Part shown: one piece after another, positions 1 to 32,099 of the stretch
How the letters are laid out: each line of letters begins with the position of its first letter
How positions within the stretch are numbered: position 1 is the first letter of the stretch
Assembly: GCA_963693365.1 (NCBI GenBank)
Contig: CAVNZM010000013.1
Coordinates: 4,755,814-4,819,813, forward strand
Length of the DNA stretch: 64,000 nucleotides
Direction: 5' to 3'
Origin: Amoebidium appalachense
Lineage: Eukaryota > Protista > Ichthyosporea
Notes under the pieces: generated by a model
The model's database searches: none
The model's input: the letters and a program-made list of their open reading frames with translations, nothing else
What the model was told of the DNA's origin: nothing
Translations under genes and position numbers: made by a program

Positions 1-9
1 ACACGTACG

Positions 10-71
<62 letters not shown>

Positions 72-83
72 CATGCACGCACG

Positions 84-121
<38 letters not shown>

Positions 122-504
122 CCCAGCCACTTTAAACCCAACCTCAACTCCCCCCCCTCCCCCCCCCCCTCCCCCCTCCCCCCTCGCCCCCCTCTTGATA
201 ATGGGCTGTGTTCAAGTATTTGGTGTCTGCATGTTGTGATCTCGTCTTTTGTGTTTTTGTCTTCCTGCATTTTCAAGTTTCTGCTCTCATGGGTGAAGGC
301 TTATCGGAGTCCTATCAAAGGATGGGCTTCGCATATGTTGCATACTTTGTGTCCCTTGTGCATATTTGCAGTATGATTATCGGTTGTTGATTTGTACTTC
401 ACACCGTGTGCCACATTCTGACCTCCCCCCTTCTCCATCCCCCCCCCACCCCCCTCCCTTCCTCCTCCTCCTCCTCCTCCTTTCTACCCCTCGTCCTCAC
501 ACAC

Positions 505-727
<223 letters not shown>

Positions 728-733
728 ACACAG

Positions 734-20733
<20,000 letters not shown>

Positions 20734-21141
20734 ATCCGCCAATCAAAAAACTCCATGGGGCTGCATTCTAGCCACTCACGTGTGCGTCCGGGGGGAGGGG
20801 GTAAGGGGGTGGTTCATTGATGGAAAGTTAGTGTAAATTCAAGTTTAGTGGACGAATGTGGTAAATATGCTCTGCTCTCTTGGTGCTGGTGGTATGAGAA
20901 CATTACTCTGCAGGCAATGTGAATTCACAAGCATGTTTTTTTTTTTTTTCCGGGTGGGGTTGTTCCGGGAAACTGTTGGTTATTACAGTCTACAGGTCAT
21001 CCTTTTCTTGTATCAGGGTTGACTAAGAACGAAAGATTCATGCACTTAGTTTTAGTTAGCTCGCACCCCAATTGTGCAATCTTTTGCGTTACATTGCTAA
21101 TTCTTTTCGAGTAAAACTTTTTGCCAGATAAGTAGAGGGGG

Positions 21142-21173
<32 letters not shown>

Positions 21174-21183
21174 GTTGTTGTTG

Positions 21184-21220
<37 letters not shown>

Positions 21221-22034
21221 TAATGCATTGAAAATATAACAATAGTCTACACACGCACACCTAATTCGAATGAAAAAAACAGCATGCACAGCCACTTGAA
21301 GATACCGTTCTTTTCGTATACTGAGTATGTAAATTCATATGGTCCCTTATAGAACACTGAGGGCAATTCACGGGGGGTTTTTTCTCTTGAGATTAGTGTT
21401 TTGGTGTGTTGTCGAGTGATCTAGGGGATTGTGAGCATTTGTGTTACTGAATGCTGTGCAAGCACGGAGAACGTGTGCATGTTAAGGTTATAAAAAACAT
21501 TTTATGTTTGGTTGCTCACCCGGTTGTGGTTCCAAAAACACCATAGTCTGCACACACACTTGTATATGCATTTACTGTGCCACCTACCAGTAGGTTGAAT
21601 TAAACCAGACTCCACGCTCCTTTTTTTTGCGGCTAGATCTCTCTATTGCAAGTTCATTGAAAATGTGTGTTTGAAATTTTGAAATGTCAAGGTGTTGATA
21701 TATCCCCATTGATGATGGAGACTCTTGCGAGTAAATCCCAGGACGGACAGCCCATAGGATTTGAGAAATAAACAATGTATGGGATGTCGGGCTAATAATA
21801 GGGCAATTTGGTGCGTGTGCATGCACAAATAATTGTGTGTGGGTGTGGGTGTGGTTGTAGGTGGGTGGGTGGGTGGGTGGGTGTGTGTGTGTGTGTGTAT
21901 GTGTGTGTGTGAGAGAGAGAGAGAGAGGAAGGAGGGGGGGGGGAGGAGAGAGAGAGAGAGGGAGACTGTATGTGTGCGCGCGCACGTGCACGTGCGTGCG
22001 TGTGTGTGGGGGGGGGGGGGGGGGTTGAAGAGGG

Positions 22035-22065
<31 letters not shown>

Positions 22066-22454
22066 GAGGGGGAGGAAGGGGAGGGGTTTTGGGCATGTGG
22101 GTGTGGGTCGGTGTAGATTCAGTGATATTGGCTACCCAATTGCAAGATCTGGTGGGGTGGATCCTTGACGTTCAACGGTTGAATCGGTATTCAAATATGT
22201 CGACTGCTGGGGTAGTCAATATCTTTGCAGATCGAGGCGACCGATTGTTTAAAGTATTACTTCACGTGTACGTACATCAAGACAGCCATGGCTCAATGGC
22301 ATGTATGATACCCCATTGATCATAAACGCCGGCTCCATCATCACCACTAGAAGTTCAACACTGTACACTAGTACTGAATGCAAGAGTCGGAGTCAGCCGA
22401 TTCAATCCTTCGCTACAGCTGCATTTTCTTACCTCAACGTGTGATATACACATG

Positions 22455-22649
22455 GGGGTTTACGCTGTTTACTCGAGGCAAAGAGAACCAGTCTCAGGTA
22501 TGGGGGGGGGGGTTTTGCTCGGAATATCCCCTCAGCGGTATATCATGATCACGTACATAGATGTCGGGTGGTGACTATATATCAGGGTTTACTTTCTCTA
22601 CGAGACACCATAAAGACTACAAGGAGAAATCAATTAGTTGGGGTTCCCC

Positions 22650-22689
<40 letters not shown>

Positions 22690-22721
22690 GGGCTCCCCTC
22701 GGGACACTCGGTATCAGCTGG

Positions 22722-22776
<55 letters not shown>

Positions 22777-25700
22777 GTGTGTGTGTGTGCGCGTGCGCTA
22801 TAATTTTGTAGTGATGTGTTTCTCAAGCCAATCAATACATCTAATAAACAGGTCGTAGTTACGCGTGTTTAGTATAAAATCAAGGATGTTGTAATTTACA
22901 GGTAGGCTATCTTTCTGGGTGTCTGTTGTGAATGTGACGTGTGTGTGTTGCGGTATTATGTGGTCTATCAAACTACATTTGGCGATACATGACCGGTTAA
23001 ACTGGTGTGTGTGTGTGTTGTTTGGGCATGCAAATGATGCCACCTTATACTTATTAGATCTCCACTGTATAGCACGTGTACAGTAAAAGCGTGGTAATTG
23101 ATCAATAATACCATCAGCTAGAGAAAGACCAGTTCTACAGGAAGGTAATATGTATTTAGGTGTTATACACTTGCGAGTGCCATATTTGGCAATATGGTTG
23201 AGGCGGTCAGTATATATAAAACGAGACATAAGGCTTAGTTTTTCAAGGTGTATGCTTTCATCGGGTCTAGTGTCGTGTGGTATCTTTTTCCATTTGTTAT
23301 ATTGCGTGATTATCTTGTGATTGTGTACATGTTTAATAAGTAAGTGGCAGTCCAAAGTCACACACACACTATTGCGGGGTTTATTTGTATTTGTGCCCAG
23401 GGGAGAAGGGGAGAGAGAGGGGAGGAAAGAGGGGAGAGGTGAGGAGGGGACAGGTCGGATAGAGAAGAGAGGGTGGGAGGGCAAATACTTCTTTAAGCGG
23501 CTTATGTGCTTATTGAATTTCAGCGCGAGATAGGATACTCTAGCAGCTATTGGGACCAGACCATATATCGAGAGCGTTACAGGCCCAGGTTTACAACAGT
23601 TGTTAGATAGAAAGGAGGCAACTTCTGCTTCAAGGAAATTTGCCAAGGGTTTAAGCGCTCTAGTTCTCTCTTTCTTGATCCAAGCGGCGAGAAGGGGTAA
23701 ACCATATTCACATGCCGGGAAGACAAAAGTGCGAATAAATGTAAGTCTAATAGAAGGATGGAGGGGTGTGTCTTTAAAAATATTAGCCGAGAAGAAAGCT
23801 AACCGCTTACGAGCCAACTCTACCCTCTTTTCGACCATATGGGGAAACATAACACCAACAGAATCAACCGGAACACCAAGATATTTGTATTCTGGAACTA
23901 TAGGTACAGGTTTAGATGATAATGTAAATGTGTGTAAATTGTTAGCTATATCAGGTACAAGAACACCACATTTGTCTATGTTAAGGATCATAAGGTTTGC
24001 CTTGCACCACTCTGACACTACATCGAACAATCTTTGCAGGCGTCTAGGGGTACGGGCAAGGAGGGACAGATCATCAGCATAGAGAAGTGCAGGCGGAAAG
24101 TTATTAATAGGGTCATCGTTTTCGGCGTAAATCTTGACAGTCAAATCATCTATAAATAGGTTAAACAAAAAGGGGCTAAGCAATGAACCCTGCAAGAGAC
24201 CTCTAGTACGAGCAAAACCATATGAAAGATGCCCATTAACCACAGCTCTACCATAGGTTTGAGACAAGAGTGCTTCTAACAGAACACCAATGCAGTGTGG
24301 TACACCCCGTGCAGCAAGCTTTTCCCATAGGAGACCAGGGGAGACAGAATCGTAAGCAGTTTTCCAATCAATAAAGCCAACATATTGTGCACCAACTTGC
24401 ATAGAATCGTGCAGTGCCATTATTTGAACATAACATGAATTGTTTTTACGAAAAGCGGATTGGCATGGGTGTATGTGAAGAATAGATTGAAACCTAGGGT
24501 GATGTGCAAATAACCTAAGTAAGCAAGCTTCAAAGAATCTACGAACAACCTGGGTTAGTGTAATGGGGCGAAAGGATGATATGGGGCCCTCAGAGTCCTT
24601 CTTAACTATGGGGATCACTAAGGTATCTAACCAAGATGACGGGACATGTCCACATTTAACACACCAAGAAAAGAGAGAGCTTAACATGATAGTAAGATCA
24701 GGTTTAATAGCACGATCACTTTCCTTTTGTGGGTAGGAGGGAACAAGGATTTTAAGAAACCCAGCAGGGAGTCCATCAGGTCCACAAGACTTACTAGAGC
24801 TATAACTAGATATCACAGACCATATGGCATCGGGACTGAAAAAGGGGAGGATCGATTCTATGGGGATAGATGGGTCTACAGGCCACACAATAGGTTTCTG
24901 AGCGGGGGTCCTATCTTTAAACAGTTCCGAGAAATACTTATCAGAGTCTATGAGGGGGTCTCCAGTGGTATCACCAATAATACGAGCAGGGGGGCCAAAT
25001 CGATTCATACTAGCAAGCCGGCGCAAGCTTTCCTTTTGAGACAGGGGTTCACCTAGTCTAGCGGGAGTGGTGTTTGGTAACAAGAGAGCATCGGGATATT
25101 CCTTCCTACCACCGCCAGCATAATCACCGAGATCTATCAAATCATCAACAATAAAGTTAGTGCATGTATCTAGTACGAGATGTGAATCTGGCCTGGCTTG
25201 TGCAGATTCTAATAGGCGCATATATATAGGGTGTTTCGTAGCATAGCATACACATACATCAACTCTACCCCACTGTGACTTAAGCTGGGATAGACGGAGG
25301 CGAAAGGTGGGAGGGGGAGGGGGGAGCAGATCAAGGGAGATCTTAGGTAGGAAAAGGATAGGAGAGTGGTCAGATGACCTAGAGAGGTTAGGAGGGAGAG
25401 AGAGTTTTGACATGGTTGATGGCCAAAAGGCCACTCCCCAGTCGGTGTTGTGGGCATGGGATATTTGAGGGAACCGCAAAGTGTGACTTTGGACATACCT
25501 TGCTAAAGGGATAGCACGCTCCGGGGGCTTAGATGGGTACCCGACACTCACTTGCAGTGTGTCTGTGTGGTGGAGTCGCGTGTTAAAATCACCTAAAATA
25601 ACAGTGGACATTGGTAACTGTGACAACTCGTGAGTCAATTCGACAACCGACATAGATGGTGGATAATATACAAAAGTAAAAACATTAGAAAGAAACTCTA

Positions 25701-25995
25701 TAGAAACCGAGAATTCCGTTTTTGCTACCGGTTTGCACTTCACTCTCACGTGTGGTGCGGCAAGTACAATAATGCCTCGGTTTTTCGCGTAACCGGGGTG
25801 TGTGGATGTGTCGACCAATGTAGAGTTGAATTTGTGGTGGTTTTTAAACTGTGTTTCGCAAATCACTGTAAACGTGTGGTTGTTTGTCTGTTGTTGTATG
25901 TAGCTGATTTTATCGTCGAGTGTCCCGGGGGGGAGGTACACATAACCAAGGAGACAATTGCAAAAATAAAAATATTGGATATTCAAGTGGTGCAA
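22455..25995 (-). mobile_element. Non-LTR retrotransposon family A (single APE-RT ORF), apparently intact
   Basis: 1065-aa ORF followed by (CA)n, a short UTR, an internal A-tract (T-run 22651-22685 on +) and a ~195-bp tail. The 3' extent is defined by the near-identical inverted copy at 58336-59098. The 5' end is uncertain; no ORF1 or TSD was found. Confidence 0.9.
22798..25995 (-). CDS. APE endonuclease + reverse transcriptase polyprotein
   Basis: APE motifs ICETQ, VYYPP, ILGDFN, SDHSPI. RT motifs KSCGPDG, FRPITLT, QSAFR, FIDWKTAYDSV, GLLQGSLLSPFLFNLFIDDL, LYADDL, LNIDKC, YKYLGV. C-terminal Cys-rich CPxxxxxxxFNRSCxxKC. Confidence 0.95.
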   Translation of the reverse strand: MHHLNIQYFYFCNCLLGYVYLPPGTLDDKISYIQQQTNNHTFTVICETQFKNHHKFNSTLVDTSTHPGYAKNRGIIVLAAPHVRVKCKPVAKTEFSVSIEFLSNVFTFVYYPPSMSVVELTHELSQLPMSTVILGDFNTRLHHTDTLQVSVGYPSKPPERAIPLARYVQSHTLRFPQISHAHNTDWGVAFWPSTMSKLSLPPNLSRSSDHSPILFLPKISLDLLPPPPPTFRLRLSQLKSQWGRVDVCVCYATKHPIYMRLLESAQARPDSHLVLDTCTNFIVDDLIDLGDYAGGGRKEYPDALLLPNTTPARLGEPLSQKESLRRLASMNRFGPPARIIGDTTGDPLIDSDKYFSELFKDRTPAQKPIVWPVDPSIPIESILPFFSPDAIWSVISSYSSSKSCGPDGLPAGFLKILVPSYPQKESDRAIKPDLTIMLSSLFSWCVKCGHVPSSWLDTLVIPIVKKDSEGPISSFRPITLTQVVRRFFEACLLRLFAHHPRFQSILHIHPCQSAFRKNNSCYVQIMALHDSMQVGAQYVGFIDWKTAYDSVSPGLLWEKLAARGVPHCIGVLLEALLSQTYGRAVVNGHLSYGFARTRGLLQGSLLSPFLFNLFIDDLTVKIYAENDDPINNFPPALLYADDLSLLARTPRRLQRLFDVVSEWCKANLMILNIDKCGVLVPDIANNLHTFTLSSKPVPIVPEYKYLGVPVDSVGVMFPHMVEKRVELARKRLAFFSANIFKDTPLHPSIRLTFIRTFVFPACEYGLPLLAAWIKKERTRALKPLANFLEAEVASFLSNNCCKPGPVTLSIYGLVPIAARVSYLALKFNKHISRLKKYLPSHPLFSIRPVPSSPLPSFLPSLSPSPLGTNTNKPRNSVCVTLDCHLLIKHVHNHKIITQYNKWKKIPHDTRPDESIHLEKLSLMSRFIYTDRLNHIAKYGTRKCITPKYILPSCRTGLSLADGIIDQLPRFYCTRAIQWRSNKYKVASFACPNNTHTHQFNRSCIAKCSLIDHIIPQHTHVTFTTDTQKDSLPVNYNILDFILNTRNYDLFIRCIDWLEKHITTKL

Positions 25996-26085
25996 AGAGG
26001 ATTCACATTTACACAGGTAACAATGATCATCGCAATGCCGTGTCCATGATCATGCTTTGTCCCCTTGAATCAAGCAGTAAGGTTG

Positions 26086-26131
<46 letters not shown>

Positions 26132-27813
26132 ACACACACGCGCGCACGCACGCACACACACACACACACACACCTTTTTTTTTTTTTTTAAGGAAGGGGG
26201 GTCGAGCTCCGGAATATGATGCCGGGATACTATGTATACCTGTAACAACAGCTCAGATGCTGATGTCGCATACTGGCATCAACCTATAATTTTCTGGGTT
26301 GCAATCCTTGACCCCTAGTAGAGTCCACGTTCTACCCTCCCCCCCCCCCCCCCCCCCCCTCCCCCCCTCCCCTCCTCCCCCCTCCCCCCCCCCCCCTCCT
26401 CCAACAAAAAAAAAATAATGATATATACACACGTGTGTATATATTCTATCTAAGCTTGCCAGTGGTTGCGCTTGCAATCGATATCATTATGATGAACGCA
26501 CTGCCGGGCTTAATAGAATTTGAACACAACACTGACGCACCACACACCGTGGGCCCGACTCCGGAGAGTATGAGGTGGTATATATGCGGCTACTCACAAT
26601 GATTGTAAACTTACAATAAAGGCTGTAGCAATAAAGTGGGAACCGATCTTGGTTTTTTTTATTGGTTGATGAGACACATACTGGCATCTGTGAAATGTAT
26701 ATATATATAGACACTGTCATATAATGCATGCAGGCACACGACGTGATGCACACACTGGCACGTGCACGTGGCTGGAAGACTGAGCAGGCTACAACGCACC
26801 ATTGAAAATTGTCCGAATGCATGGGTGAGCATGTGTGACCGTCACTGTGGCATGTATATGTGCCGCTGTATGACAGTGTGATGTACATGCATGTGTACAT
26901 GTGCCATCTGGGCAACAGTCCTGAACATGTACGTGTGCGAATTGGATGTGCACCCTTTACAGCCACTAATATTAGAAGGCAGGCCACATTCAGCGTCACA
27001 TGATCCCCCCCCCCCCCCCCCTCCCCCCCCCCCCCCCCCTCCCCTTTCCGATGGTTTCCTGAACCCACCAACCACCACCAATACATATAGCACGAGTTAC
27101 TGTAGGGCACAGTGCCTGCAAGATGTTTTTTTTTTTGTTTTTTCTCCACAGTGTGTGTGTGTGTGAGTGAGCGAGTGTGTGTGTGTGTGTGTATGTGTGT
27201 GTGTGTATGTGTTGGGAGGGGGGGGGAGGGGGGGGGGGGGGGGGGGGGAGGGGGAGAGGGGGCTGCAGGCACACAGTCACTGGCATGTGACCTCATATCC
27301 ACACTTCGATGCTTCGCCGGGTTGCACACACGTGCATGTGCAAACGGCACCCACAATAAAAGACTGACACATGCACAATGGAAGAGGCTAAGCCTTGTGT
27401 AACTTCGGTGCAATGCCATATGACCAAGTCTCAATAAAGCTCAGTGCTAAGACCTCAATAAGAACTCGGCCGATTTCACTGTTGTGTTGCTGGTTAGTAA
27501 TTCCCTCGTGATGATTGGTTTTGCCCATATGTGGTATTGGCTTTTTTAGGCATGGCCACACAGGAGGTGCAATGGAGAAATACACAGGCATTCATGTAGT
27601 CGCTAATCCTATGACACATATTGCCTTGGATTCCATGCAATGCCTTAAGAAATTCATGCCCCAAATTTTCAACTTGAATACCCCGATATTGCAGTGCATG
27701 GACATAAGAGATAATGTTTTCCTTTTACCCCCCTAATTTCTTTCTTTCTTTTTCAAATGTTTTTTTTTCTTCTTTTTGTGTGTGTGTGTGTGTGTGTGTT
27801 TGTACGTGTGTGA

Positions 27814-27892
<79 letters not shown>

Positions 27893-27910
27893 ACGGTGTG
27901 TGTGTGTGTG

Positions 27911-27961
<51 letters not shown>

Positions 27962-28804
27962 TGTGTTTGTGTGTGCGGGCGCGCGGGTTCATGGTTTGTT
28001 ATTTAATTTTCATTACTATATTTCTGTGTGTGTGTGTGGGGGGGGGGGGGGGGGGGGGGGGGGGGGAGGGGGGTTGACTTGATTCTCGAGCACAAAAGGT
28101 CACAGCTTGCAAAGGTTTATTCAGCTAATTCCTAATCTTCGAATGTGCTATGGACTTGGGCAATCCTCAAAATGTCCTCAAAAACGTGCACAAATCTGTT
28201 TTAGCCTCGATGCATGTGCCCATATCCCAGACATGGTTCTATTTCTAGCAGCTATGCTACGGACCACAAAAACACCCAATGGAGACATGGGAACAAAAAG
28301 GTTTGTAGACAAGCTGTAGCGAATTCTACAAGCCTGCTAGTGTAGTGTTTCTTTAATCTTCATATCATGTCATGCTATGTCTACTACATGCCTTCATGCT
28401 TTAGGAAACGAAACTTGTCCATTCTCTAGCATATCTGTGCTTGCCCGCCCCAGTGGCACTCGGGGCATCACAGGGGCACAAAAGACAAACAACACAACGC
28501 GTAACGGACTGTTGGCAAAACTCTACAAAACAACAGCGGACCTTCTGCCTCCCATACATTGTCTTTTCGTTATGTATCTAATGACTATTCACAGCCGTTT
28601 ACGTACCTGGCAAAGCTTTTTCGTGGTGCTTCGCAGTCATGATAAAAAGAATCTACAAGAAAAACAACGGGGGGACACGGACAACTAGGTTGCTACCTCC
28701 GAGTAAATATTTATGTGACATCAGATCAGCTCTGAACTGGGAATTCAAAGCAAAAACAACCGTACCCAACGGCTGCAGCATATTCTTGCATACTATCAAC
28801 TATT

Positions 28805-29809
28805 CTAGCAGCCCCCGCCCGATATGTATAATACGATAATAGGAATATCAGGCCTCACAGGCATGCCCGCAGGGATACCAACATAGGGTTTTCTTGAGGC
28901 GTCATTCAATGATACGTTGCCCGCGTGCGTGCGTGGTAGACCAGTGGGTAGGGGGATAAAATTTTGCCCGAAGCCGCGGGGCGATTTTTGCACGTCCTGC
29001 ACCAGGTTATAACCCTGTCGAAACTCTGACATTTTCGGTGTGTGGTGCGGATGGGGGTTATACGTTTGGGTAGCAGCAACACGGGGAGCCCAAGGAGTGG
29101 TGTTACTAAGTGACGTTAGGTCGTACTGGGTGGTATTGGCAGCCTCAATGGGCAGAGATCTTGACATGGCTTGTGCATGCTGGCGGTTTTGAATGGCTTG
29201 AGCATGGGCTGCGTGCGCCGCCTCGGGGTGTCTCTCTTCAAAAGGACGGTATATAACAGTGAGATGTTCACTGTGTGGGTGGACCAGCATTTCAAATTGC
29301 TTGAAGTCATTATGAACATGGGCTGCGTGCGCCGCCTCGGGGTATCTCTCTTCAAAAGGACGGTATATAACAGTGAGATGTGCACTGTGTGGGTGTACCA
29401 ACATTTCAAATTGCTTGAAGTCGTCGAGCTCATCGCGAATAATTAAGAGCTCGGCGACCGGGCGTTTTCCCTGGGGGTTCCTTCTATCGTATTCTTCCTT
29501 TCCATACGTGCGCGAAACATGGATGTGTGAACTGAAACGAACAGTCTTCTTCGCACTAGGGATGGGTTGATCCTTGGCATCTTTGGGTGTGCCCGGGTGA
29601 ATTGTCTCGGATAAAACGCGACGCATAGGGCTGAGAGTGGGATATTTGGGATCCATGGATCCATTTCTTTGGTGCATGCTTCCACTGTGTGCATGTTCGT
29701 TTCCCAGGGTAACCGTTGGCAGACTGCTGACGCGGCGCATGGTACCCAGTTTGCTCGCGGGGGAGATTTTGGCCGCTAGGCGCCGCCAGGCTTCTTTTGG
29801 TCCGGTCAT
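28805..29809 (-). CDS. Putative PP1 regulatory subunit with Phactr/Bni4-type C-terminal PP1-binding module; intronless
   Basis: KKTVRFSSHIHVSRTYGKEEYDRR...IIRDELDDFKQFEMLVHPHSAHLTVIYRP matches the RVxF-...YDRR...IRxELxxFKxxEMxVHxxSxHLT pattern of Phactr C-termini and fungal Bni4. No RPEL repeats seen. Confidence 0.8.
   Translation of the reverse strand: MTGPKEAWRRLAAKISPASKLGTMRRVSSLPTVTLGNEHAHSGSMHQRNGSMDPKYPTLSPMRRVLSETIHPGTPKDAKDQPIPSAKKTVRFSSHIHVSRTYGKEEYDRRNPQGKRPVAELLIIRDELDDFKQFEMLVHPHSAHLTVIYRPFEERYPEAAHAAHVHNDFKQFEMLVHPHSEHLTVIYRPFEERHPEAAHAAHAQAIQNRQHAQAMSRSLPIEAANTTQYDLTSLSNTTPWAPRVAATQTYNPHPHHTPKMSEFRQGYNLVQDVQKSPRGFGQNFIPLPTGLPRTHAGNVSLNDASRKPYVGIPAGMPVRPDIPIIVLYISGGGC
29203..29422 (-). 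repeat. In-frame 114-bp tandem duplication within the PP1-binding module
   Basis: 29203-29308 and 29317-29422 are near-identical: DFKQFEMLVHPHS(A/E)HLTVIYRPFEER(Y/H)PEAAHAAH twice. Confidence 0.92.
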
Positions 29810-31942
29810 AGTTCTAAGATCTCGGAAAATAATATGTCGTTTAGAAAAGGGAAGGGGACTCGGGAGGGGCTAAACAGAACACATAAACAGATGAGCAAAG
29901 TTCCAAGGAGCAATCTGAGGACAAGTTCTGGAACTTGCTCCTGTACCAACGTTGTACTGAGATGTTTTCCTATGTGCTATCCAGTGTTAGCTTGTACGTA
30001 TAATGCGCCCAGAGCACAAAAGAGTAGTTTCAGTGTTTATGATGTAAAGGAACTATCACGTGATATTTGCAAAAGCTCGCACTGTGTGTTGTGACAGTGG
30101 CGGCCCGGCCGAGTCTATATATGTTCTATTTTCGTCGGGCCACTGGGGCCAGTCCCACAAGCTCACGTCCCCCCTCAGGGTCTTAATATGACAAAATATT
30201 GGTGTGGAAACTAACAATTAATCCCCGTATTTACCCTTCTGTGATAATTAGAAATATCAATGAAAATGCAATTGCCGATTTATAATTCAGTATTATTTAA
30301 CATTATCAATATAATTTCACAGTCTGGATTTGAAGCCTTGGCTCGGCCGTCTGGTATTTTGAACACGAACTCGAAACCTGCGAAATCCTTCACCCAGAAA
30401 CAAGCAAGTAAATAAACCATCTAGCCAAATGTACTAGAATACTATAATATGATATTACACAAACATAACTCATTATCAGCAACCTGTGCTGCGAAAACAA
30501 ATGAGCCTTTACAGCCGAGAGTGAGCTCACTGGGGTACTGCTACGTTTTATCAATTGGAATGCCGATGAATACTTTTTGATTGGCTATTTTGGAAATTAG
30601 CGACCGACTATTCCTGTATGGTTTTTGATATATCGTCTACGGAAAAAAATCGCGTTACAGAGTATAATAAACTCAGAATAATTAAAAATAAGCCTTTTTT
30701 AATGTTCTTTTTATCTGATGGCAGGCAGCGACAGTGTGGCTGCACACTGAGATACGGGCGTCGGGCTCGAGCCTCTGGCATGCCAGGCTATTTTCACTCA
30801 ATAATTTTAACCCAATCAGAACATCGTTATCTCCTCTTTACCATATTGGGTTATTTTGTGTGGCTCCTTGGAGTCCTTGCCGCGGAGTCCTTGGCAACTT
30901 GAACGTGCACCCGCCGACTCGGTACTACGAGTCGGTATACTCGGTACTACAGTGACGGTGCACGTGGTCACCTGGCAGCTGGGTGCCACAGTGTGCCGGA
31001 CAGAGTCTCGAACTCTCCACCCCAATGAGTCCCCATCCCTGGCTGTCAGGCTGTGTTACTCTAGCTGGCACGTCCGACACTAGTACTACTGGTTGTGCTC
31101 TCTATTTATTTGTACTTTTGTAGCCTATTTGACGATAATTGGGCGCTGGCAGTTTCTTTTCATCGTTTCTTCTTCAGAGCTCCCTCAAAGGCCTAACATT
31201 CAAGTGCACACTGTACCGTACGTAGAGATGGCGCGTGACACCGTATGCATCTTCCCGTAAGAGTACAGTGCAGTGGCGGGGCCACAACCGTTACCAGCTA
31301 CCGATTACTTATGCTAAAATAGTCTGTAGGCCCTTCGTGCCTTTATTATACCGGTCACTGCATGTTGTATAGTGGTGCTATGATGCATGGTGTGAAAAGT
31401 GTTGGCACCATGGCAGCACTTAACTTACTGCAGCTGCGGGAGACCACCTTCCGATATCAGTTCGTAACTGTTACACGCAACTTGGCTACGGCATTACCAC
31501 TGCATGCATGCATTTCACCGAAAGGGCACTTGAAAGTCGCAAAATGTTTTGTACAATTCCGAATGGTCATCATCGCTACCTACATCATAGTACTTCTCAG
31601 ATGGTCAGGTGACGTTCCTTCCCTAGGCCTTCAATTAAACTTATTTGCTTTCTGCGGCATGCAGCAGCCGCGCCGCTCGGCAGGCAATGCTGCAGAAAAC
31701 TTAAGGTGCGCAATCACTGCCGGATGCTGATATTCAATAGAACTTTCCATGATGCATAAGGAATAAGAACTATCGGCAAGAGGGGAATTCGAAACTAAAT
31801 TTCTGGGCAGTTCCCGGAGGAAGGGGGGAGGCCCGGAGGCGGAAGTAGGGGATTGGGGGGGGGGGGGGGTACATAGCGGGAGGTCCCGTGATCCTCCAGA
31901 GTGAGTATTACCCCCCCCCCCCCCCCTCCCCCTCCTCCCCCC

Positions 31943-31977
<35 letters not shown>

Positions 31978-32041
31978 CTTCAATATCAAGCTTCTCTTAA
32001 CTCTGATCACCGTATGTGGCAGCTCAAGTTATGTGTGCGGT

Positions 32042-32077
<36 letters not shown>

Positions 32078-32099
32078 TGGGGGAGGGTGGAAGCCTGCC

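Noticed and set aside
27390-27720. Coding-like island between microsatellites
   Set aside because: Short ORFs only; no consistent splice sites or recognisable domain.
30095-30355. CAGTGGCGG-led segment with weak inverted similarity (hAT/MITE-like)
   Set aside because: Termini are poorly matched and no 8-bp TSD was found.
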